The translations under genes and the position numbers were made by a program. A stretch of DNA of 51,504 nucleotides from an uncultured Gammaproteobacteria bacterium (GTDB taxonomy: Bacteria > Patescibacteriota > Microgenomatia > Daviesbacterales > UBA10151): the NCBI GenBank assembly GCA_964393545.1, contig CAYMUB010000059.1, positions 70,571-122,074 of the forward strand. The letters run 5' to 3'. Of this stretch, positions 9,414 through 19,538 are shown one piece after another; positions within the stretch are counted from its first letter, which is position 1; the number at the start of each line of letters is the position of its first letter. The notes below the pieces were generated by a model, which was given only the letters and a program-made list of their open reading frames with translations, did no database searches and had not been told where the DNA came from.

Positions 9414-11072
9414 TTACTGTTTCGACTTGATTACCATTAAAGCTAATATTCCATCTTTCAGGTAAATCTTTCTCACAATCTGATCTGGAGAAACATCTAT
9501 TTCAGGTATGATCCAGGGACTAGCTACAAATAAAGTATTTGTTTTAGATCTATCAATTCTCCATCCGATATCTCTAACTGTTACCTTATCAAAATGATAA
9601 TTGCCTTTGTTCTTGTCGATACTCTGATATAAGGCAGGATCGTATTTTGAATAGAATAAATAGTACATATGAGGAACACTGACAATATTTGGTCCTGTAG
9701 TACCTCTTCTGGGGTCAAAGACTATCTCTTGATATTGGTTTTGTAACTGCATAACTGTTTGAATAGCTTCCTTGCTGCCTTCCATAAAATATTCTCCTCT
9801 TTGAAATGGGAAATGTATACTGAAAACAAAATAAATATGCACTATATTCCATACAAGAAAAATAGAATAACTAAATAAACAGATTTTAAACATCAACCTT
9901 GATAATTTGTTTTTTAAAGCTTTAAAAATTTCAACTATCCCAATAGAAGATAATAATAGAGTCATAGGTAGTATTAACATAGTTCGGGAGTGATTTTGTT
10001 CACTCAAGGTAAAAGATGCTGGAAGTAGTCCTAATATAATCCAGCCAAGGATAAGGAATTTATAGGAGGAAGTTCTAATAGTTTTAATCAAACCAGCAAG
10101 TAGAAAAGGGGCTTCAAATAGATACAACACACCGCTTCCTAATGTACCAGTAGTTGTCATATCCAGTCCCTGGAAAAATAAAAAATCAGGGTGTAAATAA
10201 TTCAAATATTTTCTAATCCAGTGAAAAAATAAATAAAGATAGTAAACAATTTTTTCTAAGATAGGTGCAAGAAGTTTAGTTTTTCCCTCAAGCAGGATAT
10301 TTCTCTTTAGTTCTATATCATTTCCTATATAAGTCATTTTAGCCCTGGCACTATCATTTCCTAAAATCATTGAAATTAATATAGGGCCACACAATATTAA
10401 ATTAGTTGCTATCCAGATAGTAAATATTTTTCTATTTGCTTTTAAATCTTTCCAGAAGGCAGTTGTTAAAAGAAGAATAAGAAGTGGTACAAAAAGCCTG
10501 GGAGAATAATATGTATAAACAGCAATACTAAAAAAAACTGCTGAAAGAATGGGCCAGACCATTTTTTTTGAGTGCACCATCTGTAAAAAAAATAGAGTAC
10601 CAAGCAAGATAAATAGGCAAACAAGAATATTTTCATGCATAAACCTGGAAAAATAAATATGCCAGGGGGATATAGAGAGTAAAATAATTCCAACGATAGA
10701 AGTAGCCTTACTCTTAGTTAGTTTGTACATAAATAAATAAAAAATTGGAATAGTGATTGTGGCAACAACTATATTTAGAAATCGAATCGAAAAATCGTTT
10801 AGCCCAAATAAGGCGATAAAAGGAACTAAAGCGTATATCGGAACTGGATTTTTATAATCACCATAAGATTCAAATGTTAAAGGTAAAAATCTTCCATACT
10901 CATCTTTGCCGGTTTTTAATATGGAATAGGCATTATAGCCAAAGGCAACTTCATCAACATTTAATCCATTTGGATTTATTGTATTGTCAGGGAGTCTAAG
11001 CAATGTAGTAACCACGCAAACTATTATTATCAGTAAAACAATTTGAATTTGTTTCTTAAATAAAATGCCCAT
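9414..11072 (-). CDS. ArnT/PMT-like GT-C glycosyltransferase, paralog 4 (closest relative of paralog 3)
   Basis: LNVDEVAFGYNAYSILKTGKDEYG; SPWHIYFSRFMHE. Shares YLNYL.PDF.FF.GL.MT..GT.G.G.LYLFE.P and EIVFD.RRG..GP with 7764-9398. Confidence 0.8.
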   Translation of the reverse strand: MGILFKKQIQIVLLIIIVCVVTTLLRLPDNTINPNGLNVDEVAFGYNAYSILKTGKDEYGRFLPLTFESYGDYKNPVPIYALVPFIALFGLNDFSIRFLNIVVATITIPIFYLFMYKLTKSKATSIVGIILLSISPWHIYFSRFMHENILVCLFILLGTLFFLQMVHSKKMVWPILSAVFFSIAVYTYYSPRLFVPLLILLLTTAFWKDLKANRKIFTIWIATNLILCGPILISMILGNDSARAKMTYIGNDIELKRNILLEGKTKLLAPILEKIVYYLYLFFHWIRKYLNYLHPDFLFFQGLDMTTTGTLGSGVLYLFEAPFLLAGLIKTIRTSSYKFLILGWIILGLLPASFTLSEQNHSRTMLILPMTLLLSSIGIVEIFKALKNKLSRLMFKICLFSYSIFLVWNIVHIYFVFSIHFPFQRGEYFMEGSKEAIQTVMQLQNQYQEIVFDPRRGTTGPNIVSVPHMYYLFYSKYDPALYQSIDKNKGNYHFDKVTVRDIGWRIDRSKTNTLFVASPWIIPEIDVSPDQIVRKIYLKDGILALMVIKSKQ

Positions 11073-11074
11073 GT

Positions 11075-12223
11075 TTAAATTTTTATTAAATAACGTATTG
11101 GGTCTCTTAAGAAGATATCAATCATTGTGAGAGTGATTTGTAGAATTATTAAAACAAAAAAAGAAAGAATCAAAGTCTTCATAAACCTTCCTTTATAACT
11201 TATAAACTTTTCAAAACCAATACTGGTTATTAAAAATATTACGGGTGCAACTAAAAAAGATTTTTCCAAATTTGGCGACGGGTAACTAAATACAGACACA
11301 AAAGTTAAGCATAAAAAGGTAAGTATTAAATACCGTGCACTATTAATATTTCTTAGTACTTTAACCAGGCCAAATAAGAAAGGAATTAGAAAAGCAGTGT
11401 AAATAGGCGTACTTGCAGAAAATCCCATTAACTTATATTGTCCTGTAAAGTATGTGACTGGAATCAGGTGAGTAAATTGGTTTCTTAATATATTTTCAAA
11501 AATGTAGGTATATTTATTTTCAAATAACTTTCCTACTTTGAAAACTTTTGTCTCTTTCAACTCTCCTTGAAAAGTATTAGCCGTGTTTATTAAACGGATA
11601 TCAGAAAAAAAAGTTAGGTTGGTTGTGATTAGATTCCGAGAACCCTCTTTATGAGAAATAATCAACAAAACAAGAGGAATAAGTAATACTGTTTGAGAAA
11701 TGAAAATAATTTTGGATTGTTTATGTTTTGAAGAAAATAGATGAAAGATAACTAAAATAAATATAAGAAATCCCACTATGAAATTAGTATAAAAAAGCAT
11801 TGTTTCCAAAAGTAAGAAGGTATATAGCCAAAGCTTATTTTTTGAAAGACTAAAATTTATTAGACTTATAAAAGAAGATAATATTAGAAACAAATAGAAT
11901 ATAGAGGCAGAAGAAGCAAGTTCTAGATATATGGTCCAAGGTGATATAAAATACAACCCTGAAAGTATCAATCCAGTATTTTGGTTAAAAACCTTTCTTG
12001 AAATTTCATAGAGAAGAACCCCATTAAGTGCTCCCAGAATGATTACTACCTCCCTTGAAATTTTGAAGTTGATGTTTAATAAGTCTAAAGTAAACAGATT
12101 TACAAAGTGAGTATGTGATCCTAAGTTGAAATAAGCATGTAACAATTCAAAGCAGCCTACCAGAGTAAATAACCCGAATAGTAATTTATACTTGTTGGAA
12201 ATATTCATTGCAGGCAAAATCAT
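11075..12223 (-). CDS. Truncated GT39-like paralog lacking the DE loop and C-terminal domain (putative pseudoenzyme subunit)
   Basis: 382 aa; ISPW; FFSDIRLINTANTFQGE..GKLFENKY. Same architecture as 6610-7767. The start could be the second Met (MNISN). Confidence 0.6.
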   Translation of the reverse strand: MILPAMNISNKYKLLFGLFTLVGCFELLHAYFNLGSHTHFVNLFTLDLLNINFKISREVVIILGALNGVLLYEISRKVFNQNTGLILSGLYFISPWTIYLELASSASIFYLFLILSSFISLINFSLSKNKLWLYTFLLLETMLFYTNFIVGFLIFILVIFHLFSSKHKQSKIIFISQTVLLIPLVLLIISHKEGSRNLITTNLTFFSDIRLINTANTFQGELKETKVFKVGKLFENKYTYIFENILRNQFTHLIPVTYFTGQYKLMGFSASTPIYTAFLIPFLFGLVKVLRNINSARYLILTFLCLTFVSVFSYPSPNLEKSFLVAPVIFLITSIGFEKFISYKGRFMKTLILSFFVLIILQITLTMIDIFLRDPIRYLIKI

Positions 12224-12230
12224 GACTATA

Positions 12231-12296
12231 ATGATAATAGCATACGGCTATGATTGGTTTCGACCATTTTACTTATGAAGTGTTAGTTGGTAAGAT
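12231..12296. promoter_or_regulatory. Divergent promoters in an 80 bp spacer
   Basis: Plus strand: TTTACT (12268-12273), 17 nt spacer, TG-G-TAAGAT (12288-12296), 7 nt before ATG 12304. Minus strand: TG-C-TATTAT (12242-12234), 10 nt before ATG 12223. Confidence 0.6.
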
Positions 12297-12303
12297 TTAT
12301 TAG

Positions 12304-13203
12304 ATGCAAGCTAAAATCTCTGTCGTTTTAAATACCTTAAATAATGAAAGTATCATAGAGCGGGCAATTAGATCTGTTAAATGGGCTGATGAAGTTGTCG
12401 TGTGTGACATGCGTTCCGATGATAAAACAGTGGATGTTGCAAAAAAAATGGGGGCAAAAGTCTTTATTCATGAAAGATCAGAGTATGTTGAGTTGGTCCG
12501 GAATTTTATTATTTCTAAGGCGTCTAATAATTGGATACTAATACTGGATCCAGATGAAGAGGTGCCTCAATCACTAGCAGAAAGACTAACTGAGATTACA
12601 AATGGACTAAAACAAATAGATTACGTTAGATTGCCCAGGAAGAATATTATTTTTCACTATTGGATGAAAGCTGCTATGTGGTGGCCAGACTATAATATTA
12701 GATTTTTTAAAAAAGACAAAATTAGATGGGGTGATAAGATCCATAGGCCCCCACAGACTGAAGGAGAAGGGATTGATCTGGAATCCAATGAGGATTTTGC
12801 TATTATCCATCATCACTATGAAACGATTTCTCAATTCTTAGAAAGAATGATCAGATATACTAGAATTCAAGCTAAAGAATTGGGAGAGGAAGGCTATAAA
12901 TTTAACTGGAAAGACTTAATAAAAAAACCTTTAAAAGAGTTTTTATCTAGATTTTTTGCAAATCATGGCTATGAAGATGGAATACATGGTTTAACATTAA
13001 GCTTGCTTCAATCATTTTCTTTTCTGATAGTATATCTTCGCCTTTGGGAAGCGGAGAAATTCAGACCAGAAGCAATAAATAGCAAAGAGCTCAGACAAAT
13101 CTCTAGACAATCAGGTAAAGAGATAGACTATTGGTTTAAATATGGTAATTTATCAAAAAATCCTTTTAAAAGATTTATTCAAAAAGTGCAAGGTAGAATT
13201 TAA
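12304..13203 (+). CDS. GT2 glycosyltransferase, WaaE/KdtX-like (beta-1,4-glucosyltransferase-like)
   Basis: ISVVLNTLN; CDMRSDDKT; ILDPDEE; PR.NIIF..W; WPDY.IRFF; HH.Y. Confidence 0.8.
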   Translation: MQAKISVVLNTLNNESIIERAIRSVKWADEVVVCDMRSDDKTVDVAKKMGAKVFIHERSEYVELVRNFIISKASNNWILILDPDEEVPQSLAERLTEITNGLKQIDYVRLPRKNIIFHYWMKAAMWWPDYNIRFFKKDKIRWGDKIHRPPQTEGEGIDLESNEDFAIIHHHYETISQFLERMIRYTRIQAKELGEEGYKFNWKDLIKKPLKEFLSRFFANHGYEDGIHGLTLSLLQSFSFLIVYLRLWEAEKFRPEAINSKELRQISRQSGKEIDYWFKYGNLSKNPFKRFIQKVQGRI

Positions 13204-13206
13204 ATT

Positions 13207-14013
13207 ATGCTAAGTGTTGTCGTTATAACTAAGAATGAAGAAGCAAGAATTAAAACCTGTCTTGAGTCAGTTAAATGGGCTGATGAATTGATTGTTTTAG
13301 ATAATGGTTCCAGTGATAAAACTCCCCATATTGCCAGACAGTTTACAGATCAAGTATTCATTTTTGGGGATTTAGATTTTTCTTCTTTAAGAAATAAGGG
13401 TATGGAAAAAGCAAAAGGAGAGTGGGTGTTATTTGTTGATAGCGATGAAAGAGTGACAAACTCTTTGGCAGAAGAAATAAAAATTCTGGTTAACTCAACC
13501 AATATATCAGCCTATGCTATCTGCAGAAGGAATATTATTTTTGGAAAAGAAGTAAAAAATGGTCCTTTTTGGCCTGACTGGATGATCAGGCTTTTAAAAA
13601 AAGAAAGTTTTGAAACTTGGGTTGGAAAAGTACATGAATATCCAAAGTTTAAAGGGGATTTGGGATATAGTGAGAATTACTTAATACATCTTACTCATAG
13701 GAACTTAGATCAAGTTGTACTAAAAAGCCTAGAATGGTCAAAAATAGACGCAAAGTTGAGATTGGATGCAAAACACCCCAAAATGAGCGGATGGAGATTT
13801 TTAAGAATTCTGATAACTGAACTTTTAAATCAAGGAATAGTGAGAAAAGGATTTTCAAATGGAACAATTGGGGTAATTGATACTATCTTACAAACATTTA
13901 GCATGCTTATGACTTATATAAGACTTTGGCAACTACAACAAAGTAAGCCGCTGGAAAAGATATATGACGAACTTGATCTTAAGTTAGAAGAAAGTAACTT
14001 CAAATATCCATGA
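13207..14013 (+). CDS. GT2 glycosyltransferase, WaaE/KdtX-like
   Basis: SVVVITKNEE; LDNGSSDKT; FVDSDER; WPDWMIRL; VHE. Confidence 0.8.
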   Translation: MLSVVVITKNEEARIKTCLESVKWADELIVLDNGSSDKTPHIARQFTDQVFIFGDLDFSSLRNKGMEKAKGEWVLFVDSDERVTNSLAEEIKILVNSTNISAYAICRRNIIFGKEVKNGPFWPDWMIRLLKKESFETWVGKVHEYPKFKGDLGYSENYLIHLTHRNLDQVVLKSLEWSKIDAKLRLDAKHPKMSGWRFLRILITELLNQGIVRKGFSNGTIGVIDTILQTFSMLMTYIRLWQLQQSKPLEKIYDELDLKLEESNFKYP

Positions 14014-15080
14014 GAGTAGGGCTATATTCTCCTTATCTTGATACGTTTGGAGGAGGGGAGAAGTATATGATGACCATAGCGGAAATCTTTTCTCAAGACC
14101 ACTCAGTAGATATTTTGCTAGACCAACATTTATATAAATTTGGTCCGGAATATTTAAAGAAAGAGCTATCTAATAGGTTTAATTTAACCTTGGAGAGAAC
14201 AAAGTTTATAAAATCCCCATTAGGAGAGAGATCAAACTTTTTAGAAAGATTGGTATTTTTAAAAAAATATGATTTGTTTTTTTACTTAACAGATGGGAGT
14301 ATTTTTATACCAAGTGCAAAAAAGAATATTCTTCATATTCAATCCCCGATAGTAGGACAAGCAGCTAAAAGTAGATTGGGTAAGATTAAGCTCAAGGGTT
14401 GGAATCTAATCATTTATAATTCAGAGTTTACAAAAAAAAATTCTTCCAAAAATTGGCCGCTTCAATCTAAAATTATCTATCCACCGGTTGATGTAGATAT
14501 GATTAAGCCTCTTAAAAAGGAGAAATATATTCTTTCGGTAGGAAGATTCTTTGGCTACTTAAAAGATAAAAAGCATGAATTGTTGATTAAAGCGTTTAAA
14601 GAGCTTTGTGGGAGTGAGCAGTTAAATGGGTGGAGTTTACACTTAGTCGGATCTACCTCAGAAGGAGACAGGCCTTATTTAGAAGAATTGAAGGGAATAG
14701 CTCAAGGATTAGAGGTAAAATTTTATCCTAACTTAGGGTATAAAGATTTAGTTGTTTTGTATGGCAAATCTTCAATTTACTGGCATGCAGCAGGCTATGG
14801 AGAAGACGATCCAACTAAAATGGAGCATTTTGGTATATCAACTGTTGAGGCAATGGCTGGGGGGTGTGTGCCAATTGTGATGGGAAAGGGAGGTCAATTA
14901 GAGATAATCAAACATGGCCAATCTGGATTCTTATGGAATAATTTGCCCCAGTTAAAAGAATTTACTATCAAGGTAATAACCAATAAGAATTTAGCTTCTG
15001 TAATCTCTAAAAATACCTTAATTTCAGCAAAAAGGTTTGGTAAGGATAAATTCAGAAGCAGGATACTAAATTTAGTTTGA
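14010..15080 (+). CDS. GT4 glycosyltransferase with ALG11-like signature
   Basis: VGLYSPYLDTFGGGEKY; NSEFT; IYPPV; SVGRF; MEHFGISTVEAMAGG (EX7E). Confidence 0.8.
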   Translation: MRVGLYSPYLDTFGGGEKYMMTIAEIFSQDHSVDILLDQHLYKFGPEYLKKELSNRFNLTLERTKFIKSPLGERSNFLERLVFLKKYDLFFYLTDGSIFIPSAKKNILHIQSPIVGQAAKSRLGKIKLKGWNLIIYNSEFTKKNSSKNWPLQSKIIYPPVDVDMIKPLKKEKYILSVGRFFGYLKDKKHELLIKAFKELCGSEQLNGWSLHLVGSTSEGDRPYLEELKGIAQGLEVKFYPNLGYKDLVVLYGKSSIYWHAAGYGEDDPTKMEHFGISTVEAMAGGCVPIVMGKGGQLEIIKHGQSGFLWNNLPQLKEFTIKVITNKNLASVISKNTLISAKRFGKDKFRSRILNLV

Positions 15081-15081
15081 T

Positions 15082-15759
15082 ATGAGGCATATAAATTGGT
15101 TTTTACTGTTATTAATAGTTATAGTTGTATTAATAAGTTTTACCTCTGAATGGCTTTTTGTAGTTTTCAAAAAGGAGCCAATTATAGCTGTGGTGCTGTT
15201 TACCTTATCAATTGGATTATCATTTGAGCTAGCAAGATTGGGAACAAAATGGTTGCGAGGTTTTTGTTTAGTAGGATTAATAATGTTCTCAGTTTTGTTT
15301 ACTTACACACACTTAGCAAAAGAGATATTCAAACCCAGTGTTTTAGATATTAATATAATAGAAACAAGGCAGTCCTATTATCCCTATCATCTTGGTAAGT
15401 TAATACATAATAAATACACGCTATTTTTTTATAAAATTCAAAGAAACTTTCTAACTAATATTAGTTTTAACCAATTTTTCTTCGGAGGGGAGCCACGTTT
15501 TCGTCCTTATGCATTAGACTTTGAAAAATACTCATTGTTTTACCTAATTTTTTTTCTTTACGGATTATTTTGTATACTTAGATTGCAAAAAAAAATCATC
15601 AAATTTTTTTTAGTCTACCTTTTTGTTATTCTTTTAATTCTGGTTTTTGCTGATCCAGGTTTTGATTTAGGACTCTATCCTCTTTATCCAATCATTACAG
15701 CCATATTATCTTTTGGTATTTACAATTTGACTATAAATCTTAATAGGATCAGAAAATAA
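15082..15759 (+). CDS. Minimal GT39-derived membrane protein (central/C-terminal TM half only)
   Basis: 225 aa. GKLIHNKY..RNFL.NISF..FFFGGEP.R..FEKY.LF.L.FFLYG matches the central loop of the full paralogs. No DE loop and no SPW motif. Confidence 0.55.
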   Translation: MRHINWFLLLLIVIVVLISFTSEWLFVVFKKEPIIAVVLFTLSIGLSFELARLGTKWLRGFCLVGLIMFSVLFTYTHLAKEIFKPSVLDINIIETRQSYYPYHLGKLIHNKYTLFFYKIQRNFLTNISFNQFFFGGEPRFRPYALDFEKYSLFYLIFFLYGLFCILRLQKKIIKFFLVYLFVILLILVFADPGFDLGLYPLYPIITAILSFGIYNLTINLNRIRK

Positions 15760-15763
15760 ATCC

Positions 15764-17464
15764 ATGAATTTAATAAACAAAAAAGTGATATTGTTTCTAA
15801 TTTTAATTCTGGCATTATTAATTAGGATAATAGATTTAAAAGGTTTTTCCCCTGGTCTTTATCTGGATGAAGCATCAATGGCCTACGATGCTTATTCTTT
15901 GGGAACAAGGGGTACTGATCAATTTGGAAAAAGCTTTCCCACCTATTTGAGATCTTTCGCGATGTATCAGGCTCCCTTGTATACTTATTTGTCAATAATT
16001 CCAATTAAACTATTTGGCATGAATGCCATAGCTATAAGACTCGTATCTATAGTTTCAGGAATGCTGACAATTCTATTAGTTTATTTTCTAGTGAAATTAA
16101 TATCCCCTTTTTATAATGAAGAATCAGGTTTAGTCAGTGCCTTTGTTTTATCAATTAGTCCTTGGCACATTCTTTTTAGTAGAAATGCTTTAGAGGCAAA
16201 CTTAGGTTTATTTATTTTCATACTAAGTTTATATTTGCTTTTGCGCTCTGTATACAAAAAAAATAAATATTTGATATTTTTTGGCTTACTAACTCTAGCT
16301 ATCACAAGTTATGCCTATCATTCATATCGTTTTACTTCAGTTATTGTATTAGTACTACTTTTCCCCATTTTCTTCTGGAATAAACTTATAGGATTGAGAA
16401 AAATTTATTTAATAAGCGGTATTCTCTTCTTCTTAATCTTAATTCCCCAAATACTTATTTTTAATACCCCAGGTAGTCTAAGACGGTATGAATTGCTTCA
16501 ATACACATCAGATAGTTATTTTAAAAAGAATGGAGGATCATTCATTTCAATACCAGGAGGCAGATTTCTTTTTAGCGGCAGGCTATTCTTGAGTAAATAT
16601 TTTGATTATTTATCACCAAGAAGTATTTTTCTTGAATCTGATCCAGCAGTTACAAAAAGCATACCAGAACTTAGCTCTTTTTATACCTGGATGTTTCCTT
16701 TTTTTCTCTTAGGACTAATACAAGTAATTAGAAAATATCATAATAGAACAATTATTTTTATGCTGTCAGTTGGATTGATCAGTCTAATTCCGGGAGCTAT
16801 TACAACAGACAATTTATATCTTCTTAGAGTCTTAAACTACTTATTGGTTGTTTCAATTATTATATCTTTAGGATTATTAGCAGGAATTATATTAATCAAA
16901 AATAATTTTTTAAAGGCTGTTTTATTAGTCTCATTATTATTTATTAGTCTAGTAAATTTGAATATTAATTATTTCCATTTATCTAAACATGAGCGGAAAG
17001 CAGACTATAGTGGGTTATTTAATGAGTTATTTCAATTTACCAAAGAAAAAATGGATTCTCATGTGGTTGTGGAATTGTCAGAACCTAATGTATACGGTAT
17101 AGCATTGTATGTATATAAATACGACCCAAATAAGTATCAGCAGGATATTAACCTGGACTTAAACAATTATTATGGTGATGTACCAGTTCCGAAGACTTTC
17201 GCCATAGAAAATTTAAGTATTAGGCCCATTGATTGGGAAAAAGATATTTATATAGACCAATATTTAGCAGGGGATGAGAGGACAATAGCAGAATACAAAG
17301 CACTAGAAAGTGGGTTGAATTTGGTAAAGAAATTTACTGCCAACTTAGATCTTCATTATGTAGCTATTTATAAGACTAATCCTCTAAAAAAATGCCAAAT
17401 ATTGTTAAACAAGCTTAAAGATCTTGATAGGTTAGATTATCACTGCAAGCAGATATTACAATGA
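15764..17464 (+). CDS. ArnT/PMT-like GT-C glycosyltransferase, paralog 5
   Basis: PGLYLDEASMAYDAYSLGTRGTDQFG; SPWHILFSRNALE; KYFDYLSP..IFLESD. Confidence 0.8.
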   Translation: MNLINKKVILFLILILALLIRIIDLKGFSPGLYLDEASMAYDAYSLGTRGTDQFGKSFPTYLRSFAMYQAPLYTYLSIIPIKLFGMNAIAIRLVSIVSGMLTILLVYFLVKLISPFYNEESGLVSAFVLSISPWHILFSRNALEANLGLFIFILSLYLLLRSVYKKNKYLIFFGLLTLAITSYAYHSYRFTSVIVLVLLFPIFFWNKLIGLRKIYLISGILFFLILIPQILIFNTPGSLRRYELLQYTSDSYFKKNGGSFISIPGGRFLFSGRLFLSKYFDYLSPRSIFLESDPAVTKSIPELSSFYTWMFPFFLLGLIQVIRKYHNRTIIFMLSVGLISLIPGAITTDNLYLLRVLNYLLVVSIIISLGLLAGIILIKNNFLKAVLLVSLLFISLVNLNINYFHLSKHERKADYSGLFNELFQFTKEKMDSHVVVELSEPNVYGIALYVYKYDPNKYQQDINLDLNNYYGDVPVPKTFAIENLSIRPIDWEKDIYIDQYLAGDERTIAEYKALESGLNLVKKFTANLDLHYVAIYKTNPLKKCQILLNKLKDLDRLDYHCKQILQ

Positions 17465-18807
17465 AAATTAATCGTTTAGTTTTAACTATTTTCTTATTGG
17501 GATTATTGCTTCGTTTAATGCTTATTCCTTTTGGAAATCATGGAGATATATTAAGTTTAGCTAATTGGGGAAAGTGGATTTATTTTAATGGTCCACAGGG
17601 CTTTTATGAACATAAGGTATGGACTTATGCATCACCAACTCAACTGCCTTTTTTTAATTTTCTGATGGCATTTGCTTATATAGGCTATTACCAGACATTA
17701 GAATTAATGCGTTGGTTAACGTTTAATATTGTTCCTCATTTGGCACCTGGCCACATGTTATGGTGGTTTGATTGGGTGAAATGGTGGGAGAGTATGCTTG
17801 TGCCAGCAAGTCTTTTCTTTCCTTTAACAGACCTCCACTATGGATTTATTATGTGGATTAAAATCTTGCCAATTACCGCAGATTTGATTTTAGCAATGAT
17901 AATTTACAATTTTGGCAAAAAACACTTAAGTATATCAAAGGCGTTACTATTATCATCTTTATTCCTTTTTCTGCCATTTAGTTGGTATTTAAGTTCTTTT
18001 TGGGGACAGTATGATCAAGTTGCAACCTTACTGTTAATAGGTTCTTTTTTTCTTTTATCCAAGCGATATTTTCTATTTTCAGCTATTTTTTCTTTTCTTG
18101 CGATACAAATAAAACCCACTTCCGGATTCTTTTTACCCTTTTATGTATTCTATTTTCTCCGGCAAAAACCAAATTTAAGAAATATAATTACTTCTTCTTT
18201 GGGAATAGGAGCGGTGTTTTGGTTAACAACAATGCCTTTTTCAACAAGAAATACATTTGAGTATACTTTCCATGTAATTTTAAGTAGAGTTTTAAATGAT
18301 AGATGGTTGCTGGCAAATCATGCTTTTAATTTCTGGGCTTTTTTAATCCCGCAAGTAGAGAAAGCAACTATACCTATCCTGGGTTTACCAGCTTTTATCT
18401 GGGCAAGTCTATTTCTGTTTGGTTTCAATGTTTGGTCAATCATATTAGTTATCAGGAGAAATGATCTAAAGCATCTCTTAATTGGCCTTTATTTAGTAGG
18501 AGGAGGAAGTTACCTTTTCTATATTGGTCAGCTAGACCGCTATTTTTTTCCTGTTGTTTTTATCCTAGGACTACTTAATTTTTATTTCCCCAAGCTTTTA
18601 AAATTGTGGATTATAACTTGTATGCTTTACTCAATAAATCTCTTCTACTCATGGGGATTTCCATTTTTACCAAATAATCAAAACTGGCAGGATTTAAATA
18701 TAATCAGGATTTTTAGTTTAGCACAGGTTGTAGTATTCTTTGCATGTTTACATCGGATGAGATTGCTACAGTACAAAAGAATTCCTTTCTTAAATAAAAA
18801 AACATGA
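17461..18807 (+). CDS. GT-C glycosyltransferase, ALG6/GT87-like
   Basis: HGD..LANWG..GFY; IKILPITADL; SSFWGQYDQ; IKP; AFNFW; DRYFFP. Confidence 0.65.
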   Translation: MKINRLVLTIFLLGLLLRLMLIPFGNHGDILSLANWGKWIYFNGPQGFYEHKVWTYASPTQLPFFNFLMAFAYIGYYQTLELMRWLTFNIVPHLAPGHMLWWFDWVKWWESMLVPASLFFPLTDLHYGFIMWIKILPITADLILAMIIYNFGKKHLSISKALLLSSLFLFLPFSWYLSSFWGQYDQVATLLLIGSFFLLSKRYFLFSAIFSFLAIQIKPTSGFFLPFYVFYFLRQKPNLRNIITSSLGIGAVFWLTTMPFSTRNTFEYTFHVILSRVLNDRWLLANHAFNFWAFLIPQVEKATIPILGLPAFIWASLFLFGFNVWSIILVIRRNDLKHLLIGLYLVGGGSYLFYIGQLDRYFFPVVFILGLLNFYFPKLLKLWIITCMLYSINLFYSWGFPFLPNNQNWQDLNIIRIFSLAQVVVFFACLHRMRLLQYKRIPFLNKKT

Positions 18808-19538
18808 GTTCCAAAGTTGTAATAGTCATGCCCGCATATAATGCAGCAAAAACTATTAAAGATACGTACCAGGAGATTCCTGAGCGATTTAGAAGAAATA
18901 TTATTTTAGTTGATGATCATAGTAAGGATAATACGGTTGATGTAGCAAAGAGTTTAGGTATCCGGGTTTTTACTCATTCCAAAAATCTAGGTTATGGAGG
19001 TAACCAAAAAACTTGCTACTTAGAGGCTTTAAAGCTTAACCCAGATATTGTAATAATGCTTCATCCTGATTATCAATACGACGCAACTCTGATAGAGGAA
19101 CTTGTAAGACCTATTGAACAGGGAAGATTTGATTTTATGTTCGGTTCCAGGATACAAAACAGATTCTCTGCTTTAGCTGGGGGTATGCCGGCTGTTAAGT
19201 ATTATGTTAACAGAATAGTTTGTCTTCTGGAAAATACCTTACTTGGGGTTAATTTTACTGAACATTTTTCAGGATTCCGGGCATACTCTAGTAAGTTACT
19301 TAAAATAGTACCCTTCCAATATTTTTCTGATGATTTTATTTTTGATCAACAAATGACAATCTCTGCTTTAAGCTATAAATTTAAAATCGGGGAGATTCCT
19401 ATACCAACTAGGTATCATCAGAAGGCCTCGTCAATACAATTTATAAAGGGGACAAAATTTATTCTAGAGATTTTTTGGGTAATTTTTCTCTATCAACTGC
19501 ACAGATTAGGTTTATTTAAAAACAGGCTTTTTTCCTAA
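18804..19538 (+). CDS. DPM1-like GT2 (putative polyprenol-phosphate sugar synthase)
   Basis: VVMPAYNAA; LVDDHSKDNT; NLGYGGNQK; MLHPDYQYD; GSR; TE.FSGFRAYS; FIFDQ; EIPIPTRY. Confidence 0.8.
   Translation: MSSKVVIVMPAYNAAKTIKDTYQEIPERFRRNIILVDDHSKDNTVDVAKSLGIRVFTHSKNLGYGGNQKTCYLEALKLNPDIVIMLHPDYQYDATLIEELVRPIEQGRFDFMFGSRIQNRFSALAGGMPAVKYYVNRIVCLLENTLLGVNFTEHFSGFRAYSSKLLKIVPFQYFSDDFIFDQQMTISALSYKFKIGEIPIPTRYHQKASSIQFIKGTKFILEIFWVIFLYQLHRLGLFKNRLFS

Noticed and set aside
12235-12266. Small hairpins ATAGC-atacg-GCTAT and TGGT-TTCG-ACCA in the 80 bp spacer
   Set aside because: Stems of 4-5 bp are too weak to call an ncRNA or terminator, and they overlap the predicted promoters.
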